Shown: positions 1 to 8,492 of the stretch, one piece after another
How positions within the stretch are numbered: position 1 is the first letter of the stretch
Layout of the letters: each line of letters starts with the position of its first letter
NCBI GenBank assembly: GCA_964372065.1
Contig: CAYJQA010000002.1
Location: forward strand, 1,453-33,189
Length of the DNA: 31,737 bases
Direction of reading: 5' to 3'
Source of the DNA: an uncultured Litorilinea sp.
Lineage (GTDB): Bacteria > Chloroflexota > Anaerolineae > Caldilineales > Caldilineaceae
The notes under the pieces: model-generated
What the model saw: only the letters and a program-made list of their open reading frames with translations
What the model was told of the DNA's origin: nothing
The model's database searches: none
Program-made: the position numbers and the translations under genes

Positions 1-375
1 CCCAGCGCCGAACGGCACCGGCGCACGCTGGAGATGGTCGAATTGGTGGGGCTTACCAAGTGGATGGACCACCGCCCGGGCGAGTTGTCCGGCGGCCAGC
101 AGCAGCGCGTCGCCGTCGCGCGGGCGCTCGCCAACCGGCCCAGCCTCATCCTGGCCGACGAACCGACCGGTGAATTGGACAGCAAGACCGGCCGTGAGAT
201 GCTCACGCTGTTCCAAACCATTGTGCACGAGCAAAATGTCACCATGCTGATGGCGACCCACGACAGTCTGGTCGACGAATTTGTGGACCAAGTGTTCCAT
301 CTGCGCGACGGTCAGGTCGTCACTGCCGAGGAGTATGCGACCGAGCTAGACCTGGACGCTGCCCCGGCCGCCTAA
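1..375 (+). CDS. ABC transporter ATP-binding protein, LolD/MacB-like (5'-truncated at window edge)
   Basis: Signature [15 protein letters not shown], Walker [10 protein letters not shown]-loop ATHD. Frame 1 is open back to base 1. Confidence 0.9.
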   Translation, partial: PSAERHRRTLEMVELVGLTKWMDHRPGELSGGQQQRVAVARALANRPSLILADEPTGELDSKTGREMLTLFQTIVHEQNVTMLMATHDSLVDEFVDQVFHLRDGQVVTAEEYATELDLDAAPAA

Positions 376-445
376 CCTGTAGTCCCTAGTTCCCACCTCC
401 TTCCTCCGCCCAAACCATCCAACCTTGCGGTAACCGGGAGACAAT

Positions 446-1540
446 ATGACCAAGGTCGGCATTATCGGCTGTGGCACCATCAGCGGCATCTATCTCAAGT
501 CGCCGAAGGTCTTTCCGATCCTCGACATCGTGGCGTGCGCCGACATTGACTCGGAACGAGCGCAGGCCGCGGCCGCGGAGTACGGCATCCGGGCGCTGAG
601 CGTGGAGCAACTGCTGAGCGACCCGGAGATCGAGATCGTCGTCAACCTCACCATTCCCATCGCCCATGTCGAGGTCGCGACTGCGGCCATCGATCACGGC
701 AAGTCGGTCTACAGCGAAAAGCCGCTGGCGCTGAACACGGCGGACGGACGCCGCCTCCTGGAACGCGCGGCCGCGCGTGGGGTACGGGTAGGCTGTGCGC
801 CCGACACGTTCTTGGGCGGCGGTCTCCAGACTTGCCGCAAGCTCATCGACGACGGCTGGATCGGCGAACCCATCGGCGCATCCGCCTTTATGATGTCACA
901 CGGCCATGAGCACTGGCATCCCAGCCCGGAGTTCTACTATCAGCCGGGCGGCGGCCCTATGTTCGACATGGGTCCCTATTACCTGACGGCGCTGGTTTCG
1001 CTCATCGGGCCGGTCGCCGAGGTGACGGGGTCGACGCGGGCCACCTTCCCTGAGCGCACCATCACCAGCCAGCCCAAATACGGGCAGAAGATCAAAGTCG
1101 AAGTGCCGACGCACGTGATCGGGCTGCTCAGTTTCGCCAACGGTGCGGTGGGGACCATCATCACGACCTTTGATGTCTGGTCCGCCGAACTGCCGCGCAT
1201 CGAGATCTACGGGACCGCGGGCACGTTGAGCGTGCCGGACCCCAACACCTTTGGCGGGCCGGTGCGGCTGCGCCGCATGGGCAGCAACGACTGGCACGAG
1301 ATCCCGATTCCCTTCCACTACACGGCCAACAGCCGCGGCTTGGGCGTCGCCGACATGGCCCATGCGCTGCGCAGCGGTCGCGGCCACCGCGCCGGCGGCG
1401 ATCTCGCCTATCATGTGCTGGAGATCATGGAGGCCATCTACACCGCGTCGGACGCGCACCGCCACGTACAGTTGACCGGTCTGGTGGAGCGGCCCGCGCC
1501 CTTCCCGCTGGGGTTGATGCCGGGTGTGCTCGACGAATAA
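446..1540 (+). CDS. Gfo/Idh/MocA family oxidoreductase
   Basis: N-terminal Rossmann [21 protein letters not shown] motif, [19 protein letters not shown] upstream. Confidence 0.92.
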   Translation: MTKVGIIGCGTISGIYLKSPKVFPILDIVACADIDSERAQAAAAEYGIRALSVEQLLSDPEIEIVVNLTIPIAHVEVATAAIDHGKSVYSEKPLALNTADGRRLLERAAARGVRVGCAPDTFLGGGLQTCRKLIDDGWIGEPIGASAFMMSHGHEHWHPSPEFYYQPGGGPMFDMGPYYLTALVSLIGPVAEVTGSTRATFPERTITSQPKYGQKIKVEVPTHVIGLLSFANGAVGTIITTFDVWSAELPRIEIYGTAGTLSVPDPNTFGGPVRLRRMGSNDWHEIPIPFHYTANSRGLGVADMAHALRSGRGHRAGGDLAYHVLEIMEAIYTASDAHRHVQLTGLVERPAPFPLGLMPGVLDE

Positions 1541-1564
1541 CGTGCGCCGGAGGGGGTGTGCGCC

Positions 1565-2575
1565 ATGAGCAGTGACGCACGCCCCCTCCGCGTGGGCATC
1601 CTCGGCGCGGCGCGGATCACACCCACCGCGCTGATCGCACCGGCGCGGGCAATACCGGGCGTCGAAATCGTAGCGGTTGCCGCGCGCGATGAAGGCCGCG
1701 CCCGCGAGTTTGCCCGGCGGCACGGCATCCCCCACGTCCTGGCATCCTATGCGGACCTGGTCGACGACCCGGTGTTGGACGCGATCTACAACCCGCTGCC
1801 CAACAGCCTGCACGGGCAATGGACGCTGCGCGCCCTGGCCGCGGGCAAGCACGTGCTGTGTGAGAAGCCCCTGGCGGCCAACGCGACCGAAGCCGCCGAT
1901 ATGGCCGCGGCGGCGCAGGCGAGCGGCGCGGTTCTCATGGAGGCGTTCCACTACCGCTATCACCCGCTGACGCTACGCATGATTGAGTACATTCGGTCCG
2001 GGCGGCTGGGCGCGATCCGGCACATCGAAGTGCACATGTGCTCGCCCAACTTCAAGCCGCAGGACATCCGCTATCGCTTCGACCTGGCGGGCGGCGCGAC
2101 CATGGACTTGGGCTGCTACACCATTCACCTCCTGCGCACGCTGGCCGGGGCCGAACCCCAAGTCATCGCCGCGCACGCACTCCGTACCGGCCGTGACGAG
2201 CGGGTGGACCGCGCCATGACCGCCGATTTCCGCTTCGACGACGGGCGCACGGGCCGGATCATCTGCTCCATGTGGTCACGGCGCTTGCTCGACTTCTCGG
2301 CGGTCGTCGTCGGCGACAGAGGCAAGCTGGGCGTGCTGAACCCCTTCCTCCCCCATCTGTATCACCGGCTCAAGCTCCAAAGCGGCGAGATCACCGTGGT
2401 GGAGAGTGTCGCCGGCGAAAGCACTTACACGCACCAGTTGCGGGCGTTCGTGGCGGCGGCACGGGATGGCGCCGCCTACCCCACCACCCCGGCGGACGGC
2501 GTCGCCAACCTGCGCGTCGTCGATGCGGTCTACCGCGCGGCGGGGCTGCCGCTGCGCGCTCCCTCACCAGCGTAG
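1565..2575 (+). CDS. Gfo/Idh/MocA family oxidoreductase
   Basis: RVGILGAARI, GKHVLCEKP, GGATMDLGCY. ATG 1565 chosen for the GGAGGGG SD at ~1549-1555; the track starts at GTG 1556. Confidence 0.9.
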   Translation: MSSDARPLRVGILGAARITPTALIAPARAIPGVEIVAVAARDEGRAREFARRHGIPHVLASYADLVDDPVLDAIYNPLPNSLHGQWTLRALAAGKHVLCEKPLAANATEAADMAAAAQASGAVLMEAFHYRYHPLTLRMIEYIRSGRLGAIRHIEVHMCSPNFKPQDIRYRFDLAGGATMDLGCYTIHLLRTLAGAEPQVIAAHALRTGRDERVDRAMTADFRFDDGRTGRIICSMWSRRLLDFSAVVVGDRGKLGVLNPFLPHLYHRLKLQSGEITVVESVAGESTYTHQLRAFVAAARDGAAYPTTPADGVANLRVVDAVYRAAGLPLRAPSPA

Positions 2576-2658
2576 CAGGCCGCACACGTTTGGCGCAGAG
2601 CGGGTCACAGCGCGATACTGCGTCGATAGTCCTTGATCCTACCCACAGCGAGACACCC

Positions 2659-3027
2659 ATGAGCAAACGGAAATCCGACAAGAACGAACTGCCGCCCCAT
2701 TGGGAAAAAGTGCAGTCCGCGATCTGGCTGATCGGGCTAGCCATCCTCTTTTGGCGGGGCTGGATGTTCCCCGGCATCCTGGTCCTGGTGGCCGTCAGCG
2801 CGCTCACGCAAGCGGCGCTTACCGTGTATGTCAACCGGAACGCTACCGTGCAGGCGCAGCAGGAAACGCGGGAGCGTCATCTGCCGGAGCACTGCCCGAA
2901 CTGTGGCGGCCCCATCAGCCCGGCCACGGTCCAGTGGCGCGGGCCGATGACCGCGGTCTGCCCCTTTTGCGCGTCTACCATCAAGGCAACGCCGCAGGTG
3001 GAGCCTGGCAAACCTTCCACCACGTGA
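2659..3027 (+). CDS. Hypothetical membrane protein with C-terminal zinc ribbon
   Basis: Two hydrophobic segments followed by CPNC-x18-CPFC. Typical codon usage from ATG 2659; the upstream extension in the track looks non-coding. Confidence 0.7.
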   Translation: MSKRKSDKNELPPHWEKVQSAIWLIGLAILFWRGWMFPGILVLVAVSALTQAALTVYVNRNATVQAQQETRERHLPEHCPNCGGPISPATVQWRGPMTAVCPFCASTIKATPQVEPGKPSTT

Positions 3028-3088
3028 ATCTGCTGCCCCGCTTACGCCGGTTGAGCGCGGCATTGCTGGACCGGCGACAACCGTCCGT

Positions 3089-3331
3089 ATGGGCGCTGTC
3101 GCCGGTCTGGGCATCCATGAACTCGTCATCCGGCCCCGCGCGCCAAGCGACGGCAAGGCGATCAGCCAAATCGCATGGCCCCATGACTGTGTCATCGCCA
3201 CCCTGCGCCGGGGCCGCCGTCGGGTGATTCCACGCGGCGACACGCTCTTGCAGGCGGGCGATGTGTTGGCCGTGGTGGCCGAAGACGACGCGTCGGCGAC
3301 GGTCCGCACCTACTGTGAAGGAGATGACTAG
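3089..3331 (+). CDS. Stand-alone TrkA-C (RCK_C) domain protein; true start uncertain
   Basis: GKAISQIAWPHDCVIATLRRGRRRVIPRGDTLLQAGDVLAVV matches the RCK_C pattern (G+.l.el..P....i..i.R......P.gdt.l..GD.l.v). Confidence 0.75.
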   Translation: MGAVAGLGIHELVIRPRAPSDGKAISQIAWPHDCVIATLRRGRRRVIPRGDTLLQAGDVLAVVAEDDASATVRTYCEGDD

Positions 3332-3335
3332 GCCC

Positions 3336-4256
3336 ATGCCCCCGCTCACCCTCTTCCCACCGGGACTGGATCGAGACCGGATCCGCGCCTGCGTGGGACT
3401 GATCTCCGACACACACATGCCCTCCCGCCGCCGCGTGCTACCGCCGGAAGTGTTCGACATCTTTGCGGGCGTAGACTTGATCCTCCACGCCGGGGATGTG
3501 GGCGAGTTGTGGGTGCTCGACCAGTTGGGGGCTATCGCGCCGGTGGTCGCCGTCCACGGCAATGACGAAACGCAAGAGGTGCAGGCCGAGCTGCCCTACC
3601 GCCAGCTGGTCGCCGTGGGCGGCGTGCGGATTCTGCTGTGGCACAGCCATTACCAAGACCGGCATGAGGAAATGGCCTCGCGCCGTGACGATGCGCTGCC
3701 GCCCAAGTTCGCGCGTCCGATCCTCTTTGGACGGCGCGCCGGCGCACAGGTCGTCGTCTTTGGTCATTGGCACATCCCACTGGTGTACGCGCATGACGGC
3801 CTGCTGCTGGTGAATCCCGGCGCGCTGGCTGCGGGCAATGAGTTCAGCGCCATGCGCCACTACACCGTGGCCCTGCTGTACGTGGACGATGCGGCGCGAG
3901 TTCATATCGTCCATGTGGACCTCGCACACCCCCAAACAGCGTTCCTGCCGGCTTTTGACGCATCCGCCGGGTTCGCCGCGTCGCTGCAGCGCTTCAGCCG
4001 CTCCGTGGTTACGCCGGAACTGGAACAAGTGCTGGCCTTCGCGCGCAAACGGCTAACCTACGACGAGATCAGCGCCTTGCGCCCGGCCTTCGCCGAACTC
4101 GCCCGCCCGCTGTGGGAAGGCGGACAAGGCTGCTTGACCGTAGACGCCGTGTGCGACGAACTGCGCCAGACCCGCGACGTCGCGCCCGCGCTTGTGGACC
4201 GTGTGCTCGCTCTGCTGGACGCGTGGCGCGCCACGCACGCCGCGGCCCAGCCCTAA
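3336..4256 (+). CDS. Calcineurin-like metallophosphoesterase (YfcE/MJ0936-like) with C-terminal extension
   Basis: Metal motifs SDTH, HAGD, HGNDE, LWHSH, FGHWH, NPG. Alternative start at 3324; SD AAGGAG at 3318-3323. Confidence 0.85.
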   Translation: MPPLTLFPPGLDRDRIRACVGLISDTHMPSRRRVLPPEVFDIFAGVDLILHAGDVGELWVLDQLGAIAPVVAVHGNDETQEVQAELPYRQLVAVGGVRILLWHSHYQDRHEEMASRRDDALPPKFARPILFGRRAGAQVVVFGHWHIPLVYAHDGLLLVNPGALAAGNEFSAMRHYTVALLYVDDAARVHIVHVDLAHPQTAFLPAFDASAGFAASLQRFSRSVVTPELEQVLAFARKRLTYDEISALRPAFAELARPLWEGGQGCLTVDAVCDELRQTRDVAPALVDRVLALLDAWRATHAAAQP

Positions 4257-4292
4257 CACCCTCTCCTGCTTGGCCTGAAAGGAAGCCACGCC

Positions 4293-5564
4293 ATGCCCGA
4301 CAAATCTTGGTTTCTCCACGACCGTTTCGGCCTGTTCATCCACTGGGGGATCTACTCGCTCCCGGCGCGGCACGAGTGGGTAAAAAGCCGCGAGCTGATT
4401 AGCAACGAGGCCTATCAGAAGTACTTCGACCACTTCGACCCCGACCTGTATGACCCGGCGGCATGGGCGCAGGCCGCCAAAGAGGCCGGGATGAAGTACA
4501 TGGTGGTCACCAGCAAGCACCATGACGGCTTCTGCCTGTGGGACTCGGCCCTCACCGACTACAAGGCGACCAACACGCCCGCCCGCCGCGACGTGCTCAA
4601 GCCCATGATCGAGGCCTTCCGCGGCGAAGGCTTCAAGGTCGGCTTCTATCACTCGGTCATCGACTGGCATCACCCGGAGTTCCCCGTCGACGGGCTGCAC
4701 CCCATGCGCGAGGACTTGGCCTTCCGCGCCGCCAGTCAGAACCGCGACATCGCCAAGTACCGGGAATACCTGCACGGCCAGACGCGCGAGTTGTTGACCC
4801 AGTTCGGTCCGATCGACCTCATGTGGTTTGACTTCTCCTACTCGAATCGCGACTGGGGTTGGTCTAAAGGTAAGGGCAAACTGGAGTGGGACTCCGACCG
4901 GCTGATGGCGATGGTCCGCCAATTACAGCCGAATGTCCTGGTCAACGACCGGCTGGAGATCGGCGGCGACTTCAAGACGCCGGAGCAATACCAGCCCGCC
5001 GGGCGGATGCTGGTGGACGGCCAGCCCGTGACCTGGGAAGCGTGCCAGACGCTCAACGGCTCCTGGGGCTATGACCGCGACAACCAAGACTGGAAGCCGA
5101 CGATCATGTTGCTCCGTATGCTGGTGGACACCGTCGCCAAGGACGGCAACATGCTCCTCAACGTCGGGCCGACCGCACGCGGCGAGTTTGACCCGCGCGC
5201 GCTCGACCGGCTGCGCGGCATCGGCGAGTGGATGCGGCGGCATGGCCGCGCCATCTACGGCTGCGGGCCGAGCGACTTCACGCCCCCGGCGGACTGTCGC
5301 TTCACCCAGCGCGGCAACCGGCTCTATCTCCACCTCTTCGCCTACCCCTTCCGCCATGTACATCTAGCCGGGCTGGCGGACCGCGTCGAGTATGCCCAGT
5401 TCCTGCACGACGGCTCCGAGGTCAAGTTGCAGCAGATTGACCCGCATCAGGCGGCGCAGAACACGACCATGGGCGGCGTGGCCGCGGACACGTTGACGCT
5501 GGAACTACCGGTCCAGCGCCCGGACGTGGCGCTGCCGGTGGTCGAGTTGTTCCTCAAGGCGTGA
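4293..5564 (+). CDS. Alpha-L-fucosidase, GH29
   Basis: RFGLFIHWG, TSKHHDGF, nucleophile region MWFD, VNDR, WEACQT, SWGY, NMLLNVGP. Confidence 0.93.
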   Translation: MPDKSWFLHDRFGLFIHWGIYSLPARHEWVKSRELISNEAYQKYFDHFDPDLYDPAAWAQAAKEAGMKYMVVTSKHHDGFCLWDSALTDYKATNTPARRDVLKPMIEAFRGEGFKVGFYHSVIDWHHPEFPVDGLHPMREDLAFRAASQNRDIAKYREYLHGQTRELLTQFGPIDLMWFDFSYSNRDWGWSKGKGKLEWDSDRLMAMVRQLQPNVLVNDRLEIGGDFKTPEQYQPAGRMLVDGQPVTWEACQTLNGSWGYDRDNQDWKPTIMLLRMLVDTVAKDGNMLLNVGPTARGEFDPRALDRLRGIGEWMRRHGRAIYGCGPSDFTPPADCRFTQRGNRLYLHLFAYPFRHVHLAGLADRVEYAQFLHDGSEVKLQQIDPHQAAQNTTMGGVAADTLTLELPVQRPDVALPVVELFLKA

Positions 5565-5570
5565 CCGCAA

Positions 5571-5617
5571 TGGTGCGGGGCGACACGGCAGCGCGCCTGC
5601 CATGCCGCCCCGCGCCA
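5571..5617 (+). repeat. GC-rich imperfect hairpin just after the fucosidase stop (terminator, REP-like or stabilising element)
   Basis: TGGTGCGGGGCG (5571-5582) pairs with CGCCCCGCGCCA (5606-5617) with one G-U; inner GGCAG/CTGCC. No U-tract. Confidence 0.45.
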
Positions 5618-5622
5618 CATGG

Positions 5623-5651
5623 TTGACAAGCGCGCCGCTTTCGCATACAGT
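5623..5651 (+). promoter_or_regulatory. Sigma70/SigA-type promoter for the MFS transporter
   Basis: TTGACA (5623-5628), 17 nt, TACAGT (5646-5651). Confidence 0.75.
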
Positions 5652-5741
5652 TCGCACGCAGCAGCGCCCTTTCCAGCCCAAGCGACCTCCCCGCGCCGCG
5701 CCCACGCGTGTGGGTCGTTGGTGCGCACTCGAGGAGAAACC

Positions 5742-7148
5742 ATGTCCGCCGCGACACCGCCATCGGAGAAGTTGAGCCTCGTCACCAAGCTTGCCTATGG
5801 TTCCGGCGACGTGGGCACCGCGATCAGCGCCGCGCTGCGCGGCTTCTTCCTGCTCTTCTTCCTGACCGACGTCGCGCGTCTAAGTCCGGCCGCCGCGGGA
5901 TCAGTGCTGCTCATCAACCGCCTATGGGATGCATTCAACGATCCCCTGGTCGGTTGGTTGAGCGACCGTACTGTCTCCAAATGGGGCCGGCGGCGGCCCT
6001 GGCTGCTGATCGGCGCACTGCCCTTCGGCATCACCTTCTTTCTCATCTGGGTGGTCCCGCCGCTCGGCCAAACCGGCCTCTTTATCTACTACGTCGTCAT
6101 TAGCTTCTTGCTGGATGCGTCCTATACGATCGTCAACGTCCCCTACACGGCGCTGACGCCGGAGCTAACCCGCGACTATGATGAGCGCACCAGCCTGAAC
6201 TCGTATCGCTTCGCGTTCTCGGTGGGCGGCGCGCTGGTCAGCGCGGTGCTGCATCCCATGATCGTGAATGCCGCGCCGGACCTGCGCACCGGCTATCTGA
6301 TCTCCGGTCTCATCTGGGCCATCGTCTCCACCGCGCCGTGCTTCATCGTCTTTGCCTTCACGCGCGAACGTCCGGACCTGCGCGAAGAGGAACCCGAGGC
6401 GTCGCCGCCGTTCTTCGAGCAGATTCGCATCGCCTTCGGCAACCGGCCCTATTTGTTTGTGATCGGCCTCTACCTCAGTTCGTGGCTGGCGCTCCAAGTG
6501 ATCCAGACGGTGTTGGTCTTCTACTTGACCTACTACATGGGGATGCCGGACAAGATGCCGATGGTCCTGCTCGCGATTCAGTCGTCATCGTTCATCTTCC
6601 TATTTATCTGGAGCGCCTTGAGTCGCCGCCTGGACAAGCGGATTGTGTACATGATCGGCGCGACCATCTGGGTCGCGGTGGTGTTGGCGCTCTCCTTCTT
6701 GCGGCCGGACCAGGCCCAGTTTGTGATTCCGTTGGCGGTGGTGGCCGGCGCCGGGGTGTCGGTGGCCTATCTGGTCCCCTGGGCCATGATGCCGGACGTC
6801 ATCGAAGTGGACGAGCTTAAGACGCACCGCCGCCGCGAAGGCATCTTCTATGGCTTCATGGTGCTGCTGCAAAAGACCGGCATCGCCTTGGGTGTGTTCC
6901 TCGTAGGTCGCGCGCTCAGCGCGGCGGGCTATGTCACGCCGAGCGACGCCGTACCCGTGCCCGTGCAGCCGGACGCGGCGCTCAACACGATCCGTCTCTT
7001 TATCGGCCCGATCCCGGCGGTGATCCTGCTGACCAGCCTGGTCATCGCGTACTACTACCCCATCACGCGGGCGAAGCACGCGCGTATCGTGGCCGTGCTG
7101 GATCGGCGGCGCAAGCACCGGGCGCGCCTCGCCGCGGCTCCGGCCTAA
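5742..7148 (+). CDS. MFS transporter, glycoside-pentoside-hexuronide (GPH/MelB-like) family
   Basis: KLAYGSGD, WDAFNDPLVGWLSDRT..WGRRRPW, YTALTPELT.DYDERTSL, PWAMMPDV, RREGIFYG; about 12 TM segments. SD GAGGAG at 5731-5736. Confidence 0.92.
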   Translation: MSAATPPSEKLSLVTKLAYGSGDVGTAISAALRGFFLLFFLTDVARLSPAAAGSVLLINRLWDAFNDPLVGWLSDRTVSKWGRRRPWLLIGALPFGITFFLIWVVPPLGQTGLFIYYVVISFLLDASYTIVNVPYTALTPELTRDYDERTSLNSYRFAFSVGGALVSAVLHPMIVNAAPDLRTGYLISGLIWAIVSTAPCFIVFAFTRERPDLREEEPEASPPFFEQIRIAFGNRPYLFVIGLYLSSWLALQVIQTVLVFYLTYYMGMPDKMPMVLLAIQSSSFIFLFIWSALSRRLDKRIVYMIGATIWVAVVLALSFLRPDQAQFVIPLAVVAGAGVSVAYLVPWAMMPDVIEVDELKTHRRREGIFYGFMVLLQKTGIALGVFLVGRALSAAGYVTPSDAVPVPVQPDAALNTIRLFIGPIPAVILLTSLVIAYYYPITRAKHARIVAVLDRRRKHRARLAAAPA

Positions 7149-7181
7149 GCGCGGCCGGGACGGCAATGGGGTAGGCCAAGC

Positions 7182-7631
7182 TCACGGCGGCGGCAGCTCG
7201 GCCATGAGCGCCGCGCCCAGGCTCTGCCAGGATCCGCCGTTCACTTGAGTATTGACAACGGCGACATTTGGCGCGACTCTGCCAGATGTAGGATGGATTT
7301 CCAGGTGTAATTGCGGGGTTTGGTCGCGAATGGGGTCGCCACACCACCAGGCCGCCACCGCATAAACGCCGGCGGCGGGTAGCTCCGGGCGAAAGGTGGC
7401 GCTGTTCTGGATGCCGCGATGCGCCCACAGGCAGTCTTGACCAAACTGGAGTCCCGTCACCGCCGGATACCAGTCGCCTACAGTCGAGAAACCGGGGTCG
7501 CGGTTGTCCACGATGATGGGCGCGTAGGCGGTCGAGGCGCTCTGTGTAGGTGAAGCGTAGCCTAGCGGTCGTACTCCTGTAAAGTGCACGTTGACAAACC
7601 AGAGTACTCTAGTGATAGAATAGGCCGCCAT
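7182..7631 (-). pseudogene. Truncated golvesin/Xly-like carbohydrate-binding-domain fragment
   Basis: IIVDNRDPGFSTVGDW...ATFRPELPAAGVYAVAAWW...VNTQVNGGSWQSLG resembles this beta-sandwich domain (core ~7215-7520) but stops before the usual final strands. The N-terminal part overlaps a + strand promoter and looks non-coding. Confidence 0.45.
7591..7621 (+). promoter_or_regulatory. Promoter with extended -10 for the 65-aa gene
   Basis: TTGACA (7591-7596), 19 nt, TAGAAT (7616-7621) preceded by TGn. Perfect palindrome AGAGTACTCT at 7601-7610 in the spacer. Confidence 0.6.
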
Positions 7632-7749
7632 AGGACTTGACAGCGGGGGGAACGACTCACAGCGAATTATGCGGCGGCGCCCCCGAGAGGCAAGCAGTAT
7701 TCGTCAGATTTTGGTACCAGTAGTGTTACTCATGAAAGGGAGATGAACA

Positions 7750-7947
7750 ATGGCCTTCAAGTACACCAACTCCAAGGGCAACACGTACATCCTGCATTCG
7801 CGCAAGACGGTGTTGAAGAACGGCACCGAGCAGACGATTTATTTCTTTGCCAAGGAGGCCAAGGAAGGCGCACTGGACGCCGTGCCGAAGGGCTACGAGG
7901 TGTCCGAGAGCAAGAATGGCCTGCCCGTTCTCAAGAAGGCCCGCTAA
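7750..7947 (+). CDS. Small basic conserved hypothetical protein (65 aa)
   Basis: Strong SD (AAAGGGAG), highly biased codons, Lys-rich, terminator downstream. Confidence 0.85.
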   Translation: MAFKYTNSKGNTYILHSRKTVLKNGTEQTIYFFAKEAKEGALDAVPKGYEVSESKNGLPVLKKAR

Positions 7948-8000
7948 TTCAGGGACGGGTAACGTCGTATCACGTATACTGAGTCAGACATGGCATAAAG

Positions 8001-8032
8001 AAGAGGGACCCAGCCAGCGCCGGGTCCCTCTT
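8001..8032. terminator. Bidirectional intrinsic terminator between the convergent 65-aa gene and csp
   Basis: Perfect 11-bp stem AAGAGGGACCC/GGGTCCCTCTT, 10-nt loop, T-rich flanks on both strands. Confidence 0.8.
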
Positions 8033-8061
8033 TGATTGTCCGTTCTCAGGACCGGATGGAG

Positions 8062-8280
8062 CTAAGCTCCGACCCGCTGTACGTTGACCGCAGCCGGGCC
8101 CTTCTGACCTTCCTGGACCTCAAACTCTACCTGCTCGCCCTCCTTGAGGGTCTTGTAGCCGGCCCCCAAGATGGCAGAATGGTGAACGAAGACATCCTTC
8201 GCACCACCGGACCGGGCGATGAACCCAAACCCCTTCTGGTCGTTGAACCACTTGACTGTACCAACTTCCCGCTTCGTCAT
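8062..8280 (-). CDS. csp: Cold-shock protein (CSD, 72 aa)
   Basis: [15 protein letters not shown] (RNP1), DVFVHHSAI (RNP2), [23 protein letters not shown]. True start is ATG 8280 (MTKREV). Confidence 0.96.
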   Translation of the reverse strand: MTKREVGTVKWFNDQKGFGFIARSGGAKDVFVHHSAILGAGYKTLKEGEQVEFEVQEGQKGPAAVNVQRVGA

Positions 8281-8344
8281 TTTGAAAACCCCCAAAATGT
8301 GTGTGGAGAACAACCCGTGACGCCAGTTGTGGTTCCCAAATGCC

Positions 8345-8382
8345 AGAAAAGCCAAACGCCCAGACCTCGTGAAGTCTGGGCG
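8345..8382 (-). terminator. Terminator-like hairpin inside the csp 5' leader
   Basis: Perfect 9-bp stem CGCCCAGAC/GTCTGGGCG (8357-8382) followed on the minus strand by TTTGGCTTTTCT. Confidence 0.45.
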
Positions 8383-8427
8383 GTGCTTACACATCCGGAA
8401 CAGAACTTACAGCGTCTTCCGCCAAAA

Positions 8428-8456
8428 AGCATACAACACCTGAAATCCGGTGTCAA
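8428..8456 (-). promoter_or_regulatory. Sigma70-type promoter for csp (5' UTR ~140 nt)
   Basis: Minus strand TTGACA (8456-8451), 17 nt, TATGCT (8433-8428). Confidence 0.78.
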
Positions 8457-8492
8457 GTCGGCAAAAAACGCAATAATGCGGGCGCGACGGGC

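Noticed and set aside
7637-7642. Second TTGACA in the small-protein leader
   Set aside because: No -10-like hexamer at 16-19 nt spacing.
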